In this document: positions 1-7,905 of the stretch, piece by piece
Layout of the letters: every line of letters begins with the position of its first letter
Numbering within the stretch: the stretch's first letter is position 1
From: Bdellovibrionia bacterium
Lineage (GTDB): Bacteria; Bdellovibrionota; UBA1018
Direction: 5' to 3'
Length of the DNA: 16,822 bases
NCBI GenBank assembly: GCA_049424145.1
Contig: JBMSSC010000056.1
Span: forward strand, 1 to 16,822
Program-made: the position numbers and the translations under genes
The notes under the pieces: model-generated
Seen by the model: only the letters and a program-made list of their open reading frames with translations
The model's database searches: none
Told to the model about the DNA's origin: nothing

Positions 1-118
1 TATGCTTGTCACTAGGGCTTTTCGAGGGATGACCCACCACGAAGTGAGGAGAGCCAGAAGAACCAGAACCGAACCGTTGACGAATCTTTAAATTTAAATT
101 GTAGATTGAGAAGAAAGA

Positions 119-194
119 TGGTGGCCTGGGACGGAATCGAACCGCCGACACACGCCTTTTCAGGGCGCTGCTCTACCGACTGAGCTACCAGGCC
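119..194 (-). tRNA. tRNA-Phe (anticodon GAA), CCA end encoded
   Basis: The reverse complement is 76 nt: GGCCTGG TA GCTC AGTCGGTA GAGC A GCGCC CTGAAAA GGCGT GTGTC GGCGG TTCGATT CCGTC CCAGGCC ACCA. All four cloverleaf stems pair, the T-loop is TTCGATT and the anticodon is GAA. Confidence 0.98.
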
Positions 195-382
195 TTATTT
201 CTTTCTGAGTTGACTCTCACTTGAGTGGATCTTCCTAGGGGAGGACCTGCTTTGAGTGACGAGTGAACCGCGAGGAGATCTATGAGGTAAGCGAATTTTG
301 TGAAAAACGCAACAACAACTAGAGTTTTTTCTCACTGAAAGTTAAACTGATGAAAAAAATCAACTTTTGGGGAGGCCGGGGA

Positions 383-2161
383 ATGAAGGACCTGAAGAAG
401 CCGCTTTTGATCTACGACGGGGATTGCGGATTTTGTGAGAGGTGGATTGGTCTGTGGAAGAGGTTCACGGGGGGTACTGTGGACTATGCTCCGTCTCAAA
501 GGGTGGGCCTTGATTTTCAGGAAATCTCCGAGGCAGAATTTGAATCCTCGGTGTTTTTAGTCCTTCCTTCAGGACAGATTTTTCGTGGGGCTCAAGCGGT
601 GTTTCGCTGTTTAGCAGAATCCCAGGAGAACCGAGGGATTTCCAAGCTTTGGATGCTTTATGAGCGATTTTCATTTTTTAGGAAGCTCTCTGAGGTCGCT
701 TATGCTCAGGTGGCAAGAAACCGTTATTTTTTCTCAAAACTCACCTCTTTTTTTTGGGGAGAGGGGTCGTTGGTTTCCTCCTATCAGGTGAGTCGTTGGG
801 TTTTCTTAAGAGCGTTAGGTGCGCTGTATTGCGTGGTTTTTTTATCTCTGGGAAGTCAGCTCTTCGGGCTGATGGGGAGTACGGGTATTTTGCCTGCTCC
901 GCTGAGTGATGGTCATCTGAAACTCCTCTGGGCCTTGGGATTCGGGTTTTCTCTCGCCGTGATTTTAGATTGGATTCCGGTTTTAGCCCTTCTGGGGGCT
1001 TGGATCGTGCATGGGTGTTTCATACGATGGGGCGGGGAGTTTTTTGCCTTTCAGTGGGATGCGCTGATGGTGGAGATGGGGTTTTTGGCCATTTTCATAG
1101 CTCCGCTTCAAATTCGTCCTGAGGTGTCTTGGCTTTCCTCGTCGTTGAAGGGGTCTGGGAATCCTGATCAAGATCAGAGGACTCGGAAGACGACTCCCTC
1201 TTTTGGTGTGATTCTGCTTCTGCGCTGGCTTTTATTTCGGGTGGTGTTTTTCTCAGGATGGGTGAAGTGGACGAGTGGAGATCCGACTTGGCGTTCAGGG
1301 ACTGCGTTAAGCTATCACTTTGAGACTCAGCCCTTGCCGACCCCTTTAGCGTGGTATTTGCATCAACTGCCGAGTTGGGTTTATCCCATTTTGACGTGGA
1401 CAGTGCTCGCAGTGGAGTTGGGAGTGCCTTGGATGATCTTTCTCCCAAGACGAGTTCGGCACTGGGGATGTTTCCTTTTGGTGTTCTTGCAAGTTTGCAT
1501 TAATTTGACGGGAAATTACGGGTTTTTTGGCTGGCAGGTGGCGACACTATCACTTTTGTTGATTGAGGATGGAATCTGGAAAAAAATCCCCGGAATGAAC
1601 GAGGTTTCTCGCAGGCTCTCTTGGGGGGTGCAGGTTCCGGAGTCATTGCTCAAAAGGCGGTTGAACTGGGCTCTCGTGGGAGTCGTATTTTTGATCACAG
1701 CTTTAGGCTGGGACTTAGGCGGCTCAGGTCGGTTTTTTCGTGAAGTTTTTCATCGGTACGGAGTTTTTGCTGTGATGACCACGCAGCGCGATGAAATTGT
1801 GGTGGAGGGCAGCTGGGATGGAGAAACCTGGCTGGCCTATGATTTTCAGCACAAGCCCGGGGAGCTGTCTCGGGGGCTTTCGTTTTTACCTCTCCATATG
1901 CCCCGTCTGGATTGGCAGATGTGGTTTTTGCCATTTGGGGATTGGCAGAGTTCAGGTTGGTTCTCCTCGTTTTTGGTCCGTCTCCTTCAGGGCCAACCAT
2001 CGGTTACGCACCTGTTGGCCCATAATCCATTTGAGGGACAAAATCCTAAATATGTCCGAGCCCTGCGGTATCGCTACCAGTTTCAGACTGAGCAGGGGGG
2101 AGGTAACTGGAAGCGGCAGTGGGTGGGTGCGTTTACCCCGGTGGTTTCCCTCCAGCGCTAG
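383..2161 (+). CDS. Fusion of an N-terminal DCC1-like (DUF393) thiol-disulfide oxidoreductase and a lipase maturation factor (LMF1-family) multi-pass membrane protein
   Basis: The N-terminus has LIYDGDCGFC (DxxCxxC, DCC family). LMF motifs follow: FQWDALMVEMGFL, WLLFRVVFFSGWVKW..GDPTW, YHFETQPLPTPLAWYLHQLP, LTGNYGFF and HMPRLDWQMWF, with several hydrophobic helices. Start moved from 350 to the ATG at 383 because GGAGG (371-375) lies 7 nt upstream. Confidence 0.88.
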   Translation: MKDLKKPLLIYDGDCGFCERWIGLWKRFTGGTVDYAPSQRVGLDFQEISEAEFESSVFLVLPSGQIFRGAQAVFRCLAESQENRGISKLWMLYERFSFFRKLSEVAYAQVARNRYFFSKLTSFFWGEGSLVSSYQVSRWVFLRALGALYCVVFLSLGSQLFGLMGSTGILPAPLSDGHLKLLWALGFGFSLAVILDWIPVLALLGAWIVHGCFIRWGGEFFAFQWDALMVEMGFLAIFIAPLQIRPEVSWLSSSLKGSGNPDQDQRTRKTTPSFGVILLLRWLLFRVVFFSGWVKWTSGDPTWRSGTALSYHFETQPLPTPLAWYLHQLPSWVYPILTWTVLAVELGVPWMIFLPRRVRHWGCFLLVFLQVCINLTGNYGFFGWQVATLSLLLIEDGIWKKIPGMNEVSRRLSWGVQVPESLLKRRLNWALVGVVFLITALGWDLGGSGRFFREVFHRYGVFAVMTTQRDEIVVEGSWDGETWLAYDFQHKPGELSRGLSFLPLHMPRLDWQMWFLPFGDWQSSGWFSSFLVRLLQGQPSVTHLLAHNPFEGQNPKYVRALRYRYQFQTEQGGGNWKRQWVGAFTPVVSLQR

Positions 2162-2199
2162 GAACGGACCTGGGGAAATGAAAAAACGTGTCCTTTGAT

Positions 2200-2228
2200 T
2201 TGACAATGGATATTGCGTAACCACATTA
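2200..2228 (+). promoter_or_regulatory. Putative groESL promoter
   Basis: TTGACA at 2200-2205 is followed by ACCACATT around 2220-2227. This reads either as a weak sigma70 -10 (CACATT, 16-nt spacer) or as a sigma32-like CCCCATnT element. Confidence 0.5.
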
Positions 2229-2261
2229 GCCTTAGAAGCAAGAAACGCTTTCGGCTGTTTG

Positions 2262-2290
2262 TTTAGAAGAGCTGAGCCAGTTCTTCTAAA
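2262..2290. promoter_or_regulatory. Inverted repeat in the groES leader (operator-like or RNA hairpin)
   Basis: TTTAGAAGA (2262-2270) and TCTTCTAAA (2282-2290) are perfect reverse complements. The inner GCTG/CAGT extends this to a 13-bp stem with one G-U pair. Confidence 0.55.
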
Positions 2291-2406
2291 AATTGCCAAA
2301 AAGAAGAAAAAGGGAATCCTAAGAGCTTTAGATTGAAAGGTCTGAGGATTCTTTTCGTAACAATGTGTCAACCATTTGATGAAATGATAATAGGAGGTTG
2401 AACTCT

Positions 2407-2694
2407 ATGCAAGTCCGACCATTGCATGATCGTGTGTTAGTCAAGCGTTCAAACGAAGAAGAGCGCTCTAAAGGTGGAATCATTATTCCTGATACTGCGA
2501 AAGAAAAGCCAATCCAAGGTGAAATCATCGCAGTCGGTCAGGGCCGTGTGACCGAAGATGGCAAAGTTCGCCCGCTGGATGTGAAAAAAGGGGATCGAGT
2601 GCTTTTCGGTAAATACGCTGGCACCGAGATCAAGATCGATGGTGATGAGTTCCTCATGATGCGTGAGGAAGATATTTTAGGTGTGCTTAACTAA
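2407..2694 (+). CDS. groES: Co-chaperonin GroES (Cpn10)
   Basis: [14 protein letters not shown]...[13 protein letters not shown]...[18 protein letters not shown]...MREEDILG is canonical GroES. SD AGGAGG (2392-2397) favours the ATG at 2407 over the TTG at 2398. Confidence 0.98.
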   Translation: MQVRPLHDRVLVKRSNEEERSKGGIIIPDTAKEKPIQGEIIAVGQGRVTEDGKVRPLDVKKGDRVLFGKYAGTEIKIDGDEFLMMREEDILGVLN

Positions 2695-2704
2695 TTCAAT
2701 TTAA

Positions 2705-4366
<1,662 letters not shown>

Positions 4367-4414
4367 TTCCTCTTTAAAAAAAGAGTGAATCACTCAGTAG
4401 TCTAAATGCTGATG

Positions 4415-4451
4415 AAGGGCCCTAAGATTTTTCTTAGGGCCTTTTTTTTTT
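4415..4451 (+). terminator. Rho-independent terminator of groESL
   Basis: GGCCCTAAGA-TTTT-TCTTAGGGCC (4418-4441) forms a perfect 10-bp stem, followed by ten T (4442-4451), about 50 nt after the groEL stop. Confidence 0.93.
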
Positions 4452-4534
4452 CTCTTTCAGCCTGCCACTCGGGTGTCCGCTCTTTAAGGGTTAACCCCGA
4501 GTCCTTCGCTTAACTGTAGGTCGCTTGAGGAGGT

Positions 4535-5284
4535 CTAGAAGGTAACGCCTGTTTGAAGGTAAAAGGAGGTGTAGAGGCCGCCCACGTTCAGAGGAGTTCC
4601 ATTGGCTAGAACTCGTGTGCTTCCAAACATGTTGTGGAACATTAAAGCTGTTCCAAAGAAAATATTGCGACTCACTTGGAGGTCAATGCCCGGGCCAAAG
4701 TGAATGCCAAAGAGAAATGCAGAGACGGAAGGAGGCGTTGTTGAGGGAAGAGTGCTCCCGCCTATTTGAGAGTTGGCTTGCGGTTGAGTTGAATCTTGGT
4801 AGCTCGGGCGATAAAATCCAAGGCCAAACACGGCGTGGGGAATGACCTTGTCGTACCAAGACATGTTTAGTCTCATTCCGGCCAGAAGTGAGGTCATGGA
4901 AAATTTACCGTCAGAGTGATCGGAGTATCCTAGGCTGGTGTCGAAGCTAAAGAGGTCGCTTACGCCATAGGTGTAGTGGACCTGGGACCCGATTGAGTCA
5001 GCATACTTTGTGAGGTCTCCCATGAGAAACACTTGCCCTAAATCTAGGGCAATATTGTGAGACCCAGGGGAGAAGGGTGAGATATCTCGAGTGCGTTCGA
5101 GGTCTTTGGTGATCCTGTGGGCCGCTGAAGACTCTTCAGCAGCCCACGAGGGTTTTTGTGACCAGCTTGAGCTTAAGGCAAAAGCAGGATTGAACGGTAG
5201 GCTTGAAACAAGCGCTACTGCAAGTCCTGAGGCTGGATAGAGGGGTCGAAAGAGTTTATGACAGCGATTTTTGAGTTTTGTCAT
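4535..5284 (-). CDS. Small outer-membrane beta-barrel protein (OmpA/OmpW-like barrel domain), function unknown
   Basis: Signal-peptide-like N-terminus ending AFA. Alternating aromatic/Gly amphipathic strands (VHYTYG, FDTSLGY, PHAVFGLGFY, FGIHFGPGIDLQV). C-terminal BAM beta-signal YLQTGVTF ending in Phe. Confidence 0.75.
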   Translation of the reverse strand: MTKLKNRCHKLFRPLYPASGLAVALVSSLPFNPAFALSSSWSQKPSWAAEESSAAHRITKDLERTRDISPFSPGSHNIALDLGQVFLMGDLTKYADSIGSQVHYTYGVSDLFSFDTSLGYSDHSDGKFSMTSLLAGMRLNMSWYDKVIPHAVFGLGFYRPSYQDSTQPQANSQIGGSTLPSTTPPSVSAFLFGIHFGPGIDLQVSRNIFFGTALMFHNMFGSTRVLANGTPLNVGGLYTSFYLQTGVTF

Positions 5285-5292
5285 TAACTCTC

Positions 5293-5320
5293 ATGATACC
5301 TGTTTTTTTTAGCTCATCAA
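5293..5320 (-). promoter_or_regulatory. Putative sigma70 promoter of the beta-barrel gene
   Basis: On the minus strand, TTGATG (5320-5315), a 16-nt spacer and TATCAT (5298-5293), ending 8 nt before the ATG at 5284. Confidence 0.4.
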
Positions 5321-5375
5321 TTATTTTAAAATGATTTGCCTCAAACTTTATATACTATACTTAATTAGTATAATA

Positions 5376-5744
5376 TTACTGATTGAGAACGGGCACTCTG
5401 CTTCCTAAAGCGGCTTCTGGTTCTTTGATCAGATCTTGATCAAAAGCAGGAAGATCGGAATTGATTTTAGAATAAATATACCCTGAAAACGAGCCGTCAC
5501 CGTGTCGGATGATTTCCTTGAGAAGCTCAATGGAGGGTTGGGTTTTTGCCTTGCGTTGGCTTTCATAAAGAAGCTGGGTCAAAGTTGCCGCTGTGATGTC
5601 ATTTTTAGTTTTATTGTCAATGACTCGCAGGTCTTCCCCATTTTTAATCATTTTAGCAATTTCATCCAGAGTGACGTAGCTCGATTCATGAGTGTCATAG
5701 AGTTTACGATTCTGGTAGCGCTTGATAATTTTGATTTCTTTCAT
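5376..5744 (-). CDS. PhaR-type (PHB/PHA accumulation regulator N-terminal) DNA-binding domain protein
   Basis: IIKRYQNRKLYDTHESSYVTLDEIAKMIKNGEDLRVIDNKTKNDIT...LTQLL matches the PhaR N-terminal signature (IKKYxNRRLYDT..S.YVTL..D..T..DIT..L.QII). Start placed at the ATG at 5744 (MKEIK) after a GGGGGA SD. Confidence 0.88.
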   Translation of the reverse strand: MKEIKIIKRYQNRKLYDTHESSYVTLDEIAKMIKNGEDLRVIDNKTKNDITAATLTQLLYESQRKAKTQPSIELLKEIIRHGDGSFSGYIYSKINSDLPAFDQDLIKEPEAALGSRVPVLNQ

Positions 5745-5922
5745 GATTCCCCCTAGTTGGAACATTGTTCTATTGGAAGACTTTTAAGAACTCCTTAATA
5801 TTAAGTTCCGTTCTCATGGTTTCCTTAGTTAATCGGAAACTAGACTCCCCTAAACATTCATTACATCAACCCCTTGGCAGATTCTGATCAGAGTCACTCT
5901 GTGTCATAATCATGTATAAAGC

Positions 5923-5951
5923 CAAATAACAACAGCCTTAAGTAAAGTCAA
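5923..5951 (-). promoter_or_regulatory. Possible sigma70 promoter for the PhaR-like gene
   Basis: On the minus strand, TTGACT (5951-5946), a 17-nt spacer and TATTTG, preceded by an extended -10 TGn. The last -10 position is off-consensus. Confidence 0.35.
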
Positions 5952-6056
5952 GCTTTGCTATTTTTGCTTTTTTTGGATGATGAATGAATTCATTTTTATC
6001 AACACCTTCGCCTCACCTGGTTTGCAGCCGAACTGCCTAATTCGACTCTGGAACAA

Positions 6057-6073
6057 TGCATGTGCTGTTCCAA
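6057..6073 (-). promoter_or_regulatory. Possible sigma54 (-24/-12) promoter
   Basis: The minus strand reads TTGGAAC-AGCAC-ATGCA, with exact GG-N10-GC spacing and two mismatches to TGGCAC-N5-TTGCW. Confidence 0.3.
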
Positions 6074-6155
6074 ATGGTTTTCATTTCATCCTCAATTATT
6101 GAGTTAGGTTTTTTAAAATTTGGTCGATCTAATATCTTGGAGGAGTCGAAGGTTT

Positions 6156-7898
6156 ATGAAATTAGATCTTCCTAGCTGGTTATCGATGAAAGGTTGTCAT
6201 AAGCCGATCACGGCACTTGCCCTATTGATGGTGCCACTCTCTAGCTTTTCCCTCGATCTGAGCGGAAAAACCCTGAAGGAAAGAGCGGTTGAGGCAGAGC
6301 ATCATTTCAGCATGGCTCAAGCTTATTCCTCAGGTGGAGAAACGGATCAAGCCATTGAGGAATATAAGCTGGCCTTGCTCTATGATCCGAACTCACCTTT
6401 GATCTATGCACGCCTTGCTGCAGAGTATGTAAAAAAGGGGATGCTTACGGCTGCGATGGAAACGTGCAAAGAAGCATTGCATCGCGATCCAAATTACACG
6501 GATGTCCGATTAATTTTAGCAGGGCTTTATACCGCATCTCATGAAACAGCAGCCGCGATTGCCGAGTATGATCGAGTTCTCAAGGCTCAGCCAAAAAATG
6601 AAGAAGCCGTGATTTACAAGGCTCAGGTGCTCTTGGAGGAAAATCAAGGTCCTCAAGCCATCAATGTTCTGAAGCATTTTGCAAAAGAAAATCCTCAGTC
6701 TGCTTTAATTCAGTATTACCTAGGACGCGCTCAACAACAGCTCGAGCATTTTGCAGACGCTGAGGCGGCCTATAAAAAAGCGCTCACTGAAAAAGGGAAC
6801 TTTCCTCAGGCTGCCTTAGCGCTGGGTTACCTTTATGAAGAAAAAGGGGAGAATAAGAAGGCTGTTGGTATTTATAAAAAGTACTTTGATGAGACTCAAG
6901 ATTTGGCCATGGCCAGTCGACTCTCGACCCTTTTGTTGAAAGAGGAAAAGTACAGTGAGGCCATTCCTTATCTTCAAGCCATAGAAGCTTCGGACCCTGA
7001 GGATTTGAATGTTCGTGTGAAATTGGGTCTGATATTTATGGAGCTCAAACAGTATCCTAAGGCAGTCCAGATTTTTAAGAAGATCCTGGAGAAGAATCCT
7101 GATTCTGATCGAATTCATTATTATCTGGGAAGTATCTATGAGGAAATGGGTGAAATCTCAGCTGCCATTGTTGAGCTAAAAGCTGTTCAATCTGAGTCGA
7201 AACTCTTTGCAGAGGCCTCTCTTCATGCCGCCTTTTTGCTGCGCAAGGAAAAGAAGATTGATGAGGCCAAAGAGTACATGAAGCAGCTCGTGAGTAGTCC
7301 TAACCGAAATTCTAACTTCTACTTATTTTTGGCAAGCTTGGAAGAGGAAACAAAGAAAATTGATTCCAGTGTAAAAGTTTTAGAAAAAGCCATTCAGGAA
7401 TATCCTGAGGACGAGAAAATTCGATATTATTTAGGTAGTCTTTATGACCGACTCGGGCAGGAAGATAAGAGTGTCGAGCAGATGGAGGCGATCCTTAAGA
7501 TCAACCCGGATAATGTGGATGCTTTAAATTATGTGGGCTACACTTGGACGCAGAAGGGAATCAATCTTATCCAAGCTGAGAAATTCCTAAGAAAGGCCTT
7601 GAAGCTCAGGCCTGAAAGTGGATACATTCAGGACAGTTGGGGTTGGTACTTGCTCACTCAAGGGAAACTATCGGATGCGATCATTGAACTTGAGAAGGCA
7701 GTTCGACTCAAGCCTAATGAGCCTACCATTTTAGAGCATTTAGGGGATGCCTATTTGAAGTCCAATTTACGGGAGAAGGCTCTGAGCCAGTATAGTGATG
7801 CTGCGAAATATGCGGAAGATGAGCCTTCAAAAAAGAAAATTCTTGAGAAAGCCGACCGACTTAGGCTTGAACTGTCCGACGGAAACCAGAAGAAGTAG
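6156..7898 (+). CDS. Exported multi-TPR protein of the family typically encoded upstream of lolB
   Basis: Hydrophobic signal-like segment (ITALALLMVPLSSFS) and many 34-aa TPR-like repeats. The C-terminal motifs DALNYVGYTW, YIQDSWGWYL and EPTILEHLGDAY are characteristic. SD GGAGGAG (6139-6145) favours the ATG at 6156. Confidence 0.88.
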   Translation: MKLDLPSWLSMKGCHKPITALALLMVPLSSFSLDLSGKTLKERAVEAEHHFSMAQAYSSGGETDQAIEEYKLALLYDPNSPLIYARLAAEYVKKGMLTAAMETCKEALHRDPNYTDVRLILAGLYTASHETAAAIAEYDRVLKAQPKNEEAVIYKAQVLLEENQGPQAINVLKHFAKENPQSALIQYYLGRAQQQLEHFADAEAAYKKALTEKGNFPQAALALGYLYEEKGENKKAVGIYKKYFDETQDLAMASRLSTLLLKEEKYSEAIPYLQAIEASDPEDLNVRVKLGLIFMELKQYPKAVQIFKKILEKNPDSDRIHYYLGSIYEEMGEISAAIVELKAVQSESKLFAEASLHAAFLLRKEKKIDEAKEYMKQLVSSPNRNSNFYLFLASLEEETKKIDSSVKVLEKAIQEYPEDEKIRYYLGSLYDRLGQEDKSVEQMEAILKINPDNVDALNYVGYTWTQKGINLIQAEKFLRKALKLRPESGYIQDSWGWYLLTQGKLSDAIIELEKAVRLKPNEPTILEHLGDAYLKSNLREKALSQYSDAAKYAEDEPSKKKILEKADRLRLELSDGNQKK

Positions 7899-7905
7899 GA
7901 GCGGT

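Noticed and set aside
195..349. Possible second RNA gene in the tRNA leader (repeated GAGTG, small hairpins)
   Set aside because: No cloverleaf, T-loop or recognisable ncRNA motif. The stems are only 4-5 bp, consistent with an ordinary divergent promoter region.
465..2371. Alternative-frame and antisense ORFs over the DCC1-LMF gene, including 1791-2198 (+) and 1952-2371 (-)
   Set aside because: They overlap a well-supported CDS, have no domain-like features and show atypical composition.
2162..2406. Canonical CIRCE element
   Set aside because: TTAGCACTC-N9-GAGTGCTAA is absent. Only the variant palindrome reported above is present, and TTAGC at 2226-2230 has no partner arm.
6049..6072. parS-like half sites (TGTTCCA/TGGAACA), also at 4635-4655
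   Set aside because: The arms are in the opposite order and spacing to parS (TGTTYCAC-GTGRAACA). The 4635-4655 copy lies inside a CDS with a different spacer and is probably chance.
5285..7898. Visibly more AT-rich segment (PhaR-like, intergenic, TPR) as a horizontally acquired island
   Set aside because: No integrase, transposase or flanking direct repeats. The Lys/Glu-rich TPR protein and promoter DNA explain the composition, and the genes look like core envelope functions.
7795..7905. Long N-terminal extension of the LolB-like ORF overlapping the TPR gene
   Set aside because: It would place the lipobox Cys ~68 residues in. A TTG with SD at 7906 gives a more normal signal length. The same reasoning was applied to the track starts at 350, 2398, 5765, 6120, 8662 and 11399.
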